Shown: piece after piece, positions 39,075 through 48,790 of the stretch | How the letters are laid out: the number at the start of each line of letters is the position of its first letter | Numbering within the stretch: the first letter of the stretch is position 1 | Source of the DNA: a candidate division WOR-3 bacterium | GTDB taxonomy: Bacteria > Hydrothermota > Hydrothermia > LBFQ01 | NCBI GenBank assembly: GCA_027050205.1 | Contig: JALUCS010000126.1 | Coordinates: forward strand, 1 to 64,000 | Direction of reading: 5' to 3' | DNA: 64,000 nt | The notes under the pieces: model-generated | Databases searched by the model: none | Seen by the model: the letters and a program-made list of their open reading frames with translations, nothing else | What the model was told of the DNA's origin: nothing | Program-made: the position numbers and the translations under genes

Positions 39075-40106
39075 TTAGAATGGTAAATTATTGGAATCAA
39101 AGTCGGGTTCATCAAGAATTCCTGGATTTAAAAGGTCATTTAGCAGCTCAAGGTCACTGGAATCTATTTTATCCTCATTACCTTTGATTATTTTTAATAT
39201 AAATTCCATAACATCGGTATCATTAATTATCCAATATATCTGATTATTTGATACATATGCAGCCGCGATTGCTCTTATCTGATCCTCTGAAAATTCATCA
39301 TATTTATTTAATTTTGCTATTATTTCATGGGTTTCAGCAAACGATCTACTATTTAATAATCTCTTTATTAAGATTTCTTTTTCTAGCTCACTTGCTAATT
39401 TAATATTTGGGAAATTATCCCTGAAAAACTGTGATAGGCTTTTATAGAATATTATATTTGAATTTTTCTTTTCCTGCCATTCCTCAAATAAAAAAGTGTT
39501 AAAACTATCCTTATCAATAGGAGAAATAAAGTCCTTATCATCTGATATAAAATATAAGTTTTCACCATTAGGCACTTTTTCAAGTAAAACTTCCCAATTT
39601 AAAGCATCCCCCAAACTTCCTTTTTTTCCTGGAGGATTACCTCTTTCTATACGTATACGTGCTTTTTCTATAATTTCATCATCCGTTTTCAAAATTTCGG
39701 ATAGTTCAAAAATTTGCTGTATTATATAATCTGCTTTAAGATCTTTATTTCTAATATCTTCACGAATATTCAGTATCAGCTCGTTATATAATTTTTCACA
39801 TTCCTTAAGTAATTTTATAAGCACTTTATACTCCTTATAATCCTTGCAATATTGAGGAAATTCCAACTTGAATTTTTTATTTTGCTTACGAAGCTTGTCG
39901 AATGAAGAAGCTATTTTGTTTTCTCTGTTTCTATAAAATTCTTGAACGACCTGTTCCGGTAGAAATAATTTTATTTCCCCTTCACTACTTTCTAATAATG
40001 CTATTAATTTTTTAAGCTCCTCTAAATCTTCGCTGGTGAAATGATAAAAGGCTAGGAAAATATTTGTATCTATAAATAGATTTATCCTACCCCTTTCATC
40101 TTCCAT
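39075..40106 (-). CDS. PIN-like domain protein (DUF4935-type), very AT-rich
   Basis: LFIDTN, QV..EF.RN, GDA..WE.LL, FIS.D.DF acidic PIN residues. Confidence 0.8.
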   Translation of the reverse strand: MEDERGRINLFIDTNIFLAFYHFTSEDLEELKKLIALLESSEGEIKLFLPEQVVQEFYRNRENKIASSFDKLRKQNKKFKLEFPQYCKDYKEYKVLIKLLKECEKLYNELILNIREDIRNKDLKADYIIQQIFELSEILKTDDEIIEKARIRIERGNPPGKKGSLGDALNWEVLLEKVPNGENLYFISDDKDFISPIDKDSFNTFLFEEWQEKKNSNIIFYKSLSQFFRDNFPNIKLASELEKEILIKRLLNSRSFAETHEIIAKLNKYDEFSEDQIRAIAAAYVSNNQIYWIINDTDVMEFILKIIKGNEDKIDSSDLELLNDLLNPGILDEPDFDSNNLPF

Positions 40107-40144
40107 GTCTCACCAACTATTATATCCCTGAAGCACTTCCAATT

Positions 40145-40552
40145 TCATCTGAGAACCACATAAACGTAATAGGGTGGTTTCTCCTTGATGTCGCGTGGTT
40201 TCTCAATGCCAACATCGCCCTCGTCCAGGATATCCATCAGAATGCTTTCGGCATAGTACCGGATAAGTTCGTCTTCAACCTCGTGGGCATAGCGTAGACT
40301 GGTCGTCCTATAAACCACCACGGCCTTATCAAACTCCCCCGCATATCGGGGAAGCTCCTCCTCCGGGGATGATGTCCGGCCTACGTACATCTGAAGGTAA
40401 AGGTTAGAATTTATAAGCCGGGTGATGCGACGTTTTATCTTCGGGAGGACCTCTTTAGGACGGCCGGTATAGATGGAGTAAATCGTCGGTATGTATCTTG
40501 TGCTTGCAAAGGCTATGAGGATGGCGAGAAATTCTTCAAACGTCAGCTCCAT
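40145..40552 (-). CDS. Hypothetical protein, possible circularly permuted GIY-YIG
   Basis: MYVGRT, A..VE..LI.YY, C-terminal YYVYV; start reset to ATG 40552 (TATAAT 6 nt upstream). Confidence 0.55.
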   Translation of the reverse strand: MELTFEEFLAILIAFASTRYIPTIYSIYTGRPKEVLPKIKRRITRLINSNLYLQMYVGRTSSPEEELPRYAGEFDKAVVVYRTTSLRYAHEVEDELIRYYAESILMDILDEGDVGIEKPRDIKEKPPYYVYVVLR

Positions 40553-40600
40553 ATGTGCATTATAAGACCGACTGTCGAGTAGAAGACCCCCCCAAGGCCG

Positions 40601-40626
40601 TATTGCTCCGGTATACCGGAGCAATA
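40601..40626. repeat. 26-bp palindromic motif copy (perfect palindrome)
   Basis: tattgctccg-gtatac-cggagcaata. Confidence 0.85.
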
Positions 40627-41211
40627 AATCGTTTTATTTGGATATGATGATACTTCTTAATAATTTAGAAACGAAACGGCCCCTTGGATATTACGCCGAT
40701 AGAATACCGCCGTCACTGTTCAATCCGAACCTGGCCGTTGATCTTTAGGGTGTCGCGGAGTTCTCACAGTTTAAACGGAAATTTGGGATTAAGCCGATAG
40801 AGGGAGTCATCCACCGTCCGCATAGGCTCATAGAACTACTGAACTTTTTGGTCATATGAAAATGCTTCGTAAAAATGGTGAAAATACGCAGTTGTTGGCA
40901 TTAAGTTGTGTAAAATCTAAATATATCTTAAGGATTATGAAACTCTTTGATTTTCCTGTTTGACAGGACTATATTACAATCGCTATTCTATCATCAGAAT
41001 CCCCAAATCTTGGACCGCATCAAGTGATAGCCTCACCTTTAGACGGAAATCGTTTTGGCGTATGCAATACAAAAAACTTTCCACATTGGGAAATGAATCG
41101 CCCTATCAGCCGAATACCCCGATCCTTTATCGGCGGGAAAGACCTTCATCCTGCCGCTCGTATCATCCGATTCGCTGAATCCCCCATCGGTGTCCTATTG
41201 CGGAAGGTTTC

Positions 41212-42066
41212 CTACCTGTACTTGCCTTCGTACAGCCCCTTTACGAATATGTGCTTGAGGGTATCCCCTACGGAGTACGCCCGGATGTAGTCCCCGGCGA
41301 CCTCTATGGTGGAGCCTCCCTCCCTGTACTCCACCTTCGCCGAGTCCCTGAAGATTACGTATTGTACGTAGCCGTCCTTGAAGGTTATCTCCACCGTCCG
41401 GGAGGTCCCTTGGCCGTTCTCCCACTCCACGCGGGCGTTCCCGAAGATCTTCAGGCTCTTGAGGGTGGTATCGGCCATAACGACCCGGAAGGTGTCGCCT
41501 GTCGCCTTGAACCTCTTGGACTCCGCCACCACGTCCCCTACCCCGAAGGTGGTATCCCTGTGGAGTACGAAGAGGTCCGCCCTTATCTCCACGGTGTCCC
41601 TGCGGAGTATCTTGGCGTAGGCGTCCCCCATCACGTACCCGAAGGCCTCCTTTCCGTCGTAGAAGGCGCTGTCCCCCTCAACGATTATCCCCTTCGTCTT
41701 GGACTCAACGTACACGTTCCCCACCACCCAGGTGGAGTCCCCCCTGGCTACGATCTTGTCCCCGGAGACCTTCCTGTAGGAGTCCTCAAAGTACGCGTCC
41801 CCGATGAGGCGTAGGAGGCGGTTCTTCCGCCTGTAGTATAGGCTGTCGGCCTTCATCTTCAGGTGGCTTGAGGTTATATCGGCACGGTAGAGCCTCACTA
41901 TCCCCGCCCCCTCGTAATACACCCCCCTACTCCCCCTGATGTCATAGTCCCTCGTCTTGACCTTGACGCCCTTGCCGAGTATATAGACCGTTTCCCCACC
42001 CTTGAAGAGGACGGTCATTGAGCCGGCGCTGAAGGTGAACCTACCGGAGAGGAGAATGAGGAACAC
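41212..42066 (-). CDS. LptA/OstA-like beta-jellyroll protein
   Basis: Repeating beta strands ADSL.Y, G.A...D, GDSA.Y, GNV.V. Confidence 0.75.
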   Translation of the reverse strand: MFLILLSGRFTFSAGSMTVLFKGGETVYILGKGVKVKTRDYDIRGSRGVYYEGAGIVRLYRADITSSHLKMKADSLYYRRKNRLLRLIGDAYFEDSYRKVSGDKIVARGDSTWVVGNVYVESKTKGIIVEGDSAFYDGKEAFGYVMGDAYAKILRRDTVEIRADLFVLHRDTTFGVGDVVAESKRFKATGDTFRVVMADTTLKSLKIFGNARVEWENGQGTSRTVEITFKDGYVQYVIFRDSAKVEYREGGSTIEVAGDYIRAYSVGDTLKHIFVKGLYEGKYR

Positions 42067-42069
42067 GCC

Positions 42070-42651
42070 CTATTTTACGGTCGCCCTGCCCACGAAGTAG
42101 CCTATGGAGAAGCCGAGGCCGGCGCCCAAGAGGACGTCCGAGAGCCAGTGCCTGTCTAGGTATATCCTCGCCGCCCCTACCCCGGTCGCTAAGGCCAGGC
42201 TCCCCCACCTCACCCAGGGGTTCCGGCTGCGGGCGAAGAGGTAGCCAGCGGAGGAGAAGGCGACGGAGGTATGACCGGAGGGGAGGGAGTTGAAGTCGTC
42301 GTCAAGGCTGAAGGGGCGGAAGTAGGTTGCCCCCTTACCCACGCCCGGCCTGGCCCTCCCTATCGCCACCTTGAGGCCGAGGGTGGTTATACCGGTTATG
42401 AGGAAGGAGACTTCCCCCCACTTACCGAGGGAGTAGAGGGCGTCGTCCTTGAGGAGGTATCCGGTGAGGGCGACCCCCGCCCAGCCGAGGGCGTGGACCT
42501 TCCCGTCCCCCAAGGGATTGATGGCATGGAAGAGGAGGTCCAGATTTCGGGACCTATGGCTCTGGACGTACCCCCTCAAAGACTCGTCCGCCGTATATAC
42601 GGCTACGGGTGTCAGAAGGAGGGAGGTGCCGAGGACTAAGCCCTCAACCAT
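42070..42651 (-). CDS. PAP2 family phosphatase
   Basis: K....R.RP, PSGH, AR.Y...HW.SDV. Confidence 0.92.
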   Translation of the reverse strand: MVEGLVLGTSLLLTPVAVYTADESLRGYVQSHRSRNLDLLFHAINPLGDGKVHALGWAGVALTGYLLKDDALYSLGKWGEVSFLITGITTLGLKVAIGRARPGVGKGATYFRPFSLDDDFNSLPSGHTSVAFSSAGYLFARSRNPWVRWGSLALATGVGAARIYLDRHWLSDVLLGAGLGFSIGYFVGRATVK

Positions 42652-43418
42652 ACCTGCCTCCGTCTCACCGACCAGACTGCGGCGAAGACCAGGAAGGATA
42701 GGGCGGTGGTGGTGGCGCCGTAGGGGAGGTCCAGGTAGAAGGAGAGGGCGTAGCCGGAGAGGGAGAGGAGGAGGGAGATGAGGCCGCTCATAAGGAGGGA
42801 TAGGAGAAAGCCCCGAAAGAGCATAAAGGAGAGGAGGGCGGGGACGACCACTAAGGAGGTCGTGAGGATGGAGCCGAAGACCCGGAGGACGAAGATTATC
42901 GTCAGGGTCTCAAAGAGGAGGAGGAGGGCGTGGTAGATGCCTACGGGGAACCTCTCGGCGGCGGCTATCTCCTCGCTGAAGAGGTAGACCTTGAGGCCGT
43001 TGTAGAGGAAGGCGAAGCCCAAGACCCCGATGAGGAGGAGCAGGAGGATGGCGGCCACGTTCCCCCAGGTTGCGAGGGTGACGTTGCCGAACATATACGA
43101 CCACAGGAGGTTGGCGTACCCCCTGTAGAAGCGGAGGGCTATCGCCCCGACGCTCATTAAAAAGGAGAAGGTGAGGCCGATTATGGCGTCCCTCGGCAAC
43201 CTCCTACCGAAGAGGTATATCCCAAGGCCCATCAGGAGGCCGAAGGTGAGTCCGCCGAGGGTAGGGTTGAGGCCGAGGACCACGGCGAAGGCTATACCTC
43301 CGAACATAGCGTGGGCCACCCCCGTAGCAGCGAAGGCCATATTCCGGGCGACGACGAAGAAGGAGGCGAAGCCGAGGAGAAGCCCCCCGGACAGCACGGC
43401 TGCGATGTGGAGGAGCAT
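42636..43418 (-). CDS. Zn/Mn ABC transporter permease (ZnuB-like)
   Basis: V.RNMAF....AH..FGG, D..IG, YMFG, VVPA. Confidence 0.88.
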   Translation of the reverse strand: MLLHIAAVLSGGLLLGFASFFVVARNMAFAATGVAHAMFGGIAFAVVLGLNPTLGGLTFGLLMGLGIYLFGRRLPRDAIIGLTFSFLMSVGAIALRFYRGYANLLWSYMFGNVTLATWGNVAAILLLLLIGVLGFAFLYNGLKVYLFSEEIAAAERFPVGIYHALLLLFETLTIIFVLRVFGSILTTSLVVVPALLSFMLFRGFLLSLLMSGLISLLLSLSGYALSFYLDLPYGATTTALSFLVFAAVWSVRRRQVWLRA

Positions 43419-43420
43419 GC

Positions 43421-44209
43421 TCAAAATATCCTGACGTTGAGGTTTATGTACCTACCCGGATTGCGGCGTATGTCCTCTATGAGCGCCCGCAGCTCCTTGA
43501 CGGTCAGGTTCAACTCGTTGTAGAGGGAGTCCTCGGTCATCAGCCTCTGAACGGTACCGTCCGCCCTGACGAAAGAGTCCACGACGGCGGCCGTCTCGTC
43601 CAACCTGTTGGCCACCTGAAGTATCTGGTAGGATACGGCGTCCACCTTGGCGTTGGCGTTGTCTGCCAGGTCCTTAGTGGAGGCCACCAACTCCCTTAGG
43701 TCCCGGCTAAGGGCCACCAACTCCCTCTGGGTGCGGAGGAGAAGGACGTTGGCGTTCCTTAGGGTGGTATCCGTGCGGGCCGAGATCCTCTCAAAGCTCT
43801 GTAGGATGCGGTCTATGAGGAAGACGAAGTCCGTAAAGGTAGGCGTCTCCTCTCCCTTTATCAGTGAGCCTTCGGGCAGGAAGTCCCCCTTTCCTTGATA
43901 AACGGCGAGCTTGCGGTTGCCCACCACCCCCTCGTTCTCTATGCGGGCGTAGGCCCCCCTCCGGAGCCTTATCCCCTCGGTGTAGAAGCGTATGATGACG
44001 CTGTCGGTGTATATCTCTATCCGCTCTATCCTCCCGACGTTCACTCCCTGGAGGCTGACGGGGTCCCCGTTTCCGAGGAAGCCCGCCGTCCTGAAGACCG
44101 CCCCGTAGTGATACTTCCTCTTCAGGGAGAAACCCTTGAGCCAAAGGAGGCCGGCCGCCCCTATCCCGAGTGCGAGGAGCAGGAAGAAGGCGGCCTTGAG
44201 CTTCTCCAT
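43421..44209 (-). CDS. MlaD/MCE family protein
   Basis: N-terminal TM, L..GDPV...GV.VG.I MCE motif, helical tail GT..RL..D..LY, DI..NP.RY. Confidence 0.9.
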   Translation of the reverse strand: MEKLKAAFFLLLALGIGAAGLLWLKGFSLKRKYHYGAVFRTAGFLGNGDPVSLQGVNVGRIERIEIYTDSVIIRFYTEGIRLRRGAYARIENEGVVGNRKLAVYQGKGDFLPEGSLIKGEETPTFTDFVFLIDRILQSFERISARTDTTLRNANVLLLRTQRELVALSRDLRELVASTKDLADNANAKVDAVSYQILQVANRLDETAAVVDSFVRADGTVQRLMTEDSLYNELNLTVKELRALIEDIRRNPGRYINLNVRIF

Positions 44210-44862
44210 CACTTGGAAAGGCTCTCTTGGACCTTACGCCAGTCCGAAAGGAACTTCTCCAGGCCTATGTCCGTTAAGGGGTGTTTCAGGAGCTTCCAGA
44301 GGACGGCCGGCGGCACCGTCCCTATGTGGGCGCCCGACTTCGCCGCGGCTATGAAGTGGGCGGGGTGCCTTATGCTCGCGGCTATTATCTGGGTGGGTAT
44401 ATCGTAGAGGGCAAATATCTTGGCCGTCTCCCTTACCACCTCCACCCCGGAGTAGCCTATGTCGTCTATGCGGCCGATGAAGGGGGAGACGAAGTCGGCT
44501 CCCACCCGCGCGGCTATGAGGGCCTGGGCGGCCGAGAATATGAGGGTGACGTTCACCCTGATGCCATCCCCCTTGAGGCGACGGACGGCCTTCAACCCCT
44601 CCGGCGTGAAGGGGATCTTCACCACGATGTTGGGGTGGATGGAGGCCAGGTCCTTCCCCTCCTTGTACATCCCGTCGGCGTCCTCGGCCACGACCTCGGC
44701 GGAGACGTGTTCAAGCATCTCCGCCAACTCCCTGTATATCTCGCGCGGATCCCTCCCCGTCTTGGCGACGAGGCTGGGGTTGGTCGTGGCTCCGGAGACA
44801 AAACCCATCTCGTAAAGCTTCTTTATTTCCTCCACGTCGGCGGAATCCACGAATATCCTCAT
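44209..44862 (-). CDS. tal: Transaldolase / fructose-6-phosphate aldolase family
   Basis: GATTNPSL, VVKIP, NVTLIFS, SPFIGR.DD, AASIRHP, HPLTD.G. Confidence 0.93.
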   Translation of the reverse strand: MRIFVDSADVEEIKKLYEMGFVSGATTNPSLVAKTGRDPREIYRELAEMLEHVSAEVVAEDADGMYKEGKDLASIHPNIVVKIPFTPEGLKAVRRLKGDGIRVNVTLIFSAAQALIAARVGADFVSPFIGRIDDIGYSGVEVVRETAKIFALYDIPTQIIAASIRHPAHFIAAAKSGAHIGTVPPAVLWKLLKHPLTDIGLEKFLSDWRKVQESLSK

Positions 44863-44904
44863 ATCAACCGTCTATTGTACGCCCGAAAGCGGCCTAACGG
44901 ACCG

Positions 44905-46464
44905 TTAGAACACTACGATGGCCTCCTCCAGACTCCCCGCCTTTACGACGTAGGCTCCCCTCTGAAGTCTCAAGGTGAGGGTTCCACCCTTCGCCACCCT
45001 ACGTACTACGAGGCGGCCATCGGCGGAGTAGATGGAGACGGGTAACTCCCTCCCGACGTAGAGCCTTACGAGGCCGCGGCCCACCTGCTCCACCTTAAGG
45101 CTGACGGGAGGCGTAGGGGCCTCCTCCGCTCCGAGGTCTCCCCCTTCGCCCAAGACGTTGCACCCGGATACGGGGGTGGAGGAGTCAAAGACGTAGAGTC
45201 GGCTACTGGAGTAGTCCCCGCTGGAGACGACCTCCATACAGGAGTCGTTGTCCACGTCGGCTATGGAGAGGCCCTCAAAGTAGTCGGAGTCGTAGGTCCA
45301 GGCCACCGTCCCATCCGGACCCCTAAGGACGGCGAGGTGGGGACTGGAGCCGTACCTCGCCCCGGAGACTATGACCTCTATCACCCCGTCCCCGTCTATG
45401 TCGCCTATCTTGCGGCCGAGGGCCTGGTAGCCGCTCCTCGTTCCACTGTAAGACCACTGGACGCTCCCGTCCGTCCCACGGAGGACGTAGAGGTACCCCG
45501 TTGAGGAGGGCATGCATCCGAAGAGGACGTCCTTGACACCGTCGCCCGTTACGTCGGCTATGGTGGGGGAGTTGAGGGATCCCCAGTAGGAGCCGCACCC
45601 GGAGGTCCAGGACCATATTACGGTGCCGTCATGACGGAGGGCTACGACGTTCCCGTTCCCGGCCACCACCACCACGTCGTAGAATCCGTCCCCGTCCACG
45701 TCGGCTACGGCGGGGTTCCCTTGGGTACCTACGGAGTACGTCCATACGGTTGAGCCATCGTTGGCGTTAAGGACGTAGAGGGTGTTGCTCGCTACGGTTA
45801 TGACCTCGTCGTGGCTGTCTCCGTCCAGATCCGCAACGGCGACGTTGGCGTAGCTGGAGGAGCCGGAGTGGGACCAGAGGGTGGCGCCGTCGCTACCCCG
45901 AAGGGCGTAGATGCTGCTGCCTACGACGAAGACCTCCCCCACACCGTCCCCGTTGACGTCCTGTATGGTAGCAGGGGAGTAGCTGACGCCAAGGGACCTG
46001 CTCCAGAGGACGGCCCCGTCCGTACCCCGGAGGGCGTAAACCGTCCCGCCGTTGGAGACCACCACCTCAAGCCCCGGAGAGGAGGGGTCCAGCTCGCCCA
46101 GGGCGGGGGTCCCCCAGCCGGTGGAGGAGCCGAGGTACCTCGTCCAAAGGAGGGTACAGTCCGTCCCCCGGAAGACCATCACCCGGCTGGAGCTGTAGGT
46201 GAGGACGACGATCTCGTTGATGCCATCGTCGTTGATGTCGGCGACGGCGGGGTCACCCTCGCTGCCGGTGTTGAGGGTGGCGGAGCATTTCAGGTGGGGA
46301 CCCGTCACCGCCCCCGTTAGCCGTTGGATACCCGCGAGGGAAGAGGAACCGTGGTGCATCATCCAAGTGCTGACGGCCGAAGATACCGGAGGTACCTGGG
46401 CCTCAAGGGAGACCGCACTCCCAGCAATGAAACTTCCAAGTATCGCATACAAAAACCTTCTCAT
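44905..46464 (-). CDS. FG-GAP/PQQ-like beta-propeller repeat protein with T9SS-like tail
   Basis: Multiple ADxDGDG..EVV and ALRG.DG..LW repeats; tail IYSADGRLV...GAYVVK. Confidence 0.85.
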   Translation of the reverse strand: MRRFLYAILGSFIAGSAVSLEAQVPPVSSAVSTWMMHHGSSSLAGIQRLTGAVTGPHLKCSATLNTGSEGDPAVADINDDGINEIVVLTYSSSRVMVFRGTDCTLLWTRYLGSSTGWGTPALGELDPSSPGLEVVVSNGGTVYALRGTDGAVLWSRSLGVSYSPATIQDVNGDGVGEVFVVGSSIYALRGSDGATLWSHSGSSSYANVAVADLDGDSHDEVITVASNTLYVLNANDGSTVWTYSVGTQGNPAVADVDGDGFYDVVVVAGNGNVVALRHDGTVIWSWTSGCGSYWGSLNSPTIADVTGDGVKDVLFGCMPSSTGYLYVLRGTDGSVQWSYSGTRSGYQALGRKIGDIDGDGVIEVIVSGARYGSSPHLAVLRGPDGTVAWTYDSDYFEGLSIADVDNDSCMEVVSSGDYSSSRLYVFDSSTPVSGCNVLGEGGDLGAEEAPTPPVSLKVEQVGRGLVRLYVGRELPVSIYSADGRLVVRRVAKGGTLTLRLQRGAYVVKAGSLEEAIVVF

Positions 46465-46495
46465 CAACGGAGATTGTAAGGCCGATACTGTCCCT

Positions 46496-47356
46496 TTACT
46501 CGTACTTGTAGAAGCCTTCCCCCGTCTTCCTACCGAGTTTGCCGGCCTCCACCATCTTGACGAGGAGCGGGCAGGGACGGTACTTGGGGTCCTTGAAGTC
46601 GTTGTAGAGGACGAGGAGGATGTTTAGGACGACGTCCAGACCTATGAAGTCGGCCAGGGTGAGGGGACCCATAGGGTGGTTCATCCCGAGCTTCATTACG
46701 GTGTCTATAGCCTCCTTGGTGGCCACCCCCTCGTACAGGGCGCATATGGCCTCGTTTATCATAGGCATCAGGACCCTGTTGGAGACGAAGCCGGGGTAGT
46801 CCTTCACCTCTACGGGGGTCTTACCGAGCTTCTTCGCCAGCTCTATCACGAGGTTGGCCGTTTCGTCGCTCGTGGAGTAGCCCCTCACCACCTCTACCAA
46901 CTTCATGACGGGGACGGGGTTGAAGAAGTGCATACCGGCAAAGAGCTCCGGCCTACCGGAGTAGGAGGCGAGGCGGGTGATGGATATGGAGGAGGTGTTG
47001 GAGGTCAGGACCACCTCCGGGCGGGTTATCTCACCGAGCCTGTTGAAGATGTCCCTCTTGACGTTCTCGTCCTCAAACACGGCCTCAACCACGAAGTCCA
47101 CATCCGCGAAGTCCTCAAGGTTGGTCGTGGTGGTTATGCGGGAGAGGACCTTGGGGATGTCCTCCTCGGAGATTATGCCCTTCTTGGCCTGGCGGCCGAG
47201 GTTCTTCTCTATGGTCTTGAGCGCCCTCTCCAGGTAGCCCTCGGAGACGTCGGCGAGTTTGACGTTGTACCCGGCGAGGGCGAAGACGTGGGCGATGCCG
47301 TTCCCCATCGTACCGGCACCTACGACACCTACGGTCTTGATATCCTCTAACCTCAT
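46496..47356 (-). CDS. hbd: 3-hydroxybutyryl-CoA dehydrogenase
   Basis: GAGTMG.GIA, SNTSS, GMHFFNP, GFVSNR, HPMGP..LAD.IGLD, GRKTG.GFY. Confidence 0.95.
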   Translation of the reverse strand: MRLEDIKTVGVVGAGTMGNGIAHVFALAGYNVKLADVSEGYLERALKTIEKNLGRQAKKGIISEEDIPKVLSRITTTTNLEDFADVDFVVEAVFEDENVKRDIFNRLGEITRPEVVLTSNTSSISITRLASYSGRPELFAGMHFFNPVPVMKLVEVVRGYSTSDETANLVIELAKKLGKTPVEVKDYPGFVSNRVLMPMINEAICALYEGVATKEAIDTVMKLGMNHPMGPLTLADFIGLDVVLNILLVLYNDFKDPKYRPCPLLVKMVEAGKLGRKTGEGFYKYE

Positions 47357-47381
47357 AGGAAGGGGATTCTACGGTCGCACC

Positions 47382-47897
47382 CTACCTACCGAACCTGTCC
47401 CTAAGGTAAAGTATCACCGCCCACCTGTCCTTTTCGGATAGGATGTCCTTGTAGGCGGGCATAGCGCTCCCTATGGGCTTCCCGCCCTCCGAAATCGTCC
47501 AGAAGAGGTACTCGTCCGTGGCTATGTGCCGCTTCATAACGAAGGAGAGGTCGGAGGGTTTGGGGTCCAACCCCTTGGCCGCCGGTCCGTCCCCCTTCCC
47601 GTTCTCCCCGTGGCAGGCTTTACACTGCTGGGTGTATATCTCCTCGCCCCTCTTGAGAAGCTCCGGGGAGGGTTCGTAGGGGTTGGTCTTGCCGGAATAC
47701 TCCGCCGGGAGGCCGCCGTGCATGTACAACCTGTGCCGTTTGACGCTGACCTTGGCCATATGCCCCATCATTCGGCCCCTTCCCATTCCCATCATCCCCA
47801 TCGCATGGGAAGGGTGGCTTCCCCCCCTACCGCAAGCCCAAAAACCCGTAGCGATGAGCAGGAGCGTTCCACCTTTGAGGATGTCCTTAACGAGCAT
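47382..47897 (-). CDS. c-type cytochrome lipoprotein
   Basis: CKACH heme motif, axial Met in SAMP, lipobox FWAC; start reset to ATG 47897 because the longer ORF overlaps the tRNA. Confidence 0.88.
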   Translation of the reverse strand: MLVKDILKGGTLLLIATGFWACGRGGSHPSHAMGMMGMGRGRMMGHMAKVSVKRHRLYMHGGLPAEYSGKTNPYEPSPELLKRGEEIYTQQCKACHGENGKGDGPAAKGLDPKPSDLSFVMKRHIATDEYLFWTISEGGKPIGSAMPAYKDILSEKDRWAVILYLRDRFGR

Positions 47898-47928
47898 CTT
47901 TCTATTGTACAGGAGAGGAGGGAAAAAG

Positions 47929-48001
47929 TGGAGCGGAGGGGAGTCGAACCCCCGACCCCCTGGTTGCAAACCAGGTGCTCTCCCACCTGAGCTACCGCCC
48001 C
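47929..48001 (-). tRNA. tRNA-Ala(UGC)
   Basis: 73-nt cloverleaf GGGGCGG...CCGCTCCA; anticodon arm CCTGG-TTTGCAA-CCAGG; TTCGA T-loop; G3:U70 alanine identity pair; CCA not encoded. Confidence 0.97.
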
Positions 48002-48025
48002 AAACGCCCGGAAATTCTAAGGCGG

Positions 48026-48790
48026 TCAACGGGAGTAGTTCAGCCCTATGTAGGTGCTTAGGGGTAGCTCCGGATGTACGGTCGCGAGTACGTCGGAGGA
48101 GATGCTGGCCGTCTGGAGGGTGAAGCCGAGGTAGAAGGTGGGGAACTCCCCGTCGTACCGCATGCTTCCGCGGAGGGTCAAGAGGTCGTAGAGCCTCCAG
48201 CTACCGCCGAGACCGAAGTTTATGCCGGAGTACTGGTCCTTGTAGAGACCCACGGAGGTGCGGATGGTGGCCTTGGGGAGGAAGGAGATGTAGCCACCGA
48301 GGAGGGTCGGCAGGGGTGTGCCGCCTATGTCGGGGGCGTTCACGTTGCGGGCGAAGAGGCCAACGTTCCAGCGGTCGTAGACGGTGAAGGAGGAGGAGAG
48401 GTGGAGACCGAAGGCCTGAAGCCTCGGTACGTCTGGGCGAGGGGTGTTGAGTTGGTAGTAGGAGAAGGAACCTCCAAGGCGGAATCCGGGAAAGACGTTG
48501 TGGGCGTAGCCGAGGGTGGCAGCTATCTCGCTCGCCGTCCCCTTGTACTCGTCCTCAAGGCGGGCGAACCGTCCCTCAAGGGATAGGGCGAGGCCTTTGA
48601 AGCCAACGCCGACGTAGGCGTCGTTGAATATGGCGAAGGACTGGCTGTAGGCGGCGGAGACGGAGAGCCTTTCGGGGTTGGAGGCGGGGTCAAAGGACAC
48701 CCTCAAGGGGGTGGCCTCCGGCATCATCCACAGACCGGCGAGGTGGGGGCCCCCGGCGACGAGGACCCCCGTTATGGCGTTAAAGAGCAT
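48026..48790 (-). CDS. Outer-membrane beta-barrel, PorV/PorQ-like
   Basis: Alternating beta-strand pattern, VGLFARNV..P, LTLRG, terminal aromatic strand. Confidence 0.5.
   Translation of the reverse strand: MLFNAITGVLVAGGPHLAGLWMMPEATPLRVSFDPASNPERLSVSAAYSQSFAIFNDAYVGVGFKGLALSLEGRFARLEDEYKGTASEIAATLGYAHNVFPGFRLGGSFSYYQLNTPRPDVPRLQAFGLHLSSSFTVYDRWNVGLFARNVNAPDIGGTPLPTLLGGYISFLPKATIRTSVGLYKDQYSGINFGLGGSWRLYDLLTLRGSMRYDGEFPTFYLGFTLQTASISSDVLATVHPELPLSTYIGLNYSR

Noticed and set aside
31393..40626. Defence island as a prophage, IS or integrative element
   Set aside because: No integrase, transposase, phage genes or island-flanking att repeats are visible
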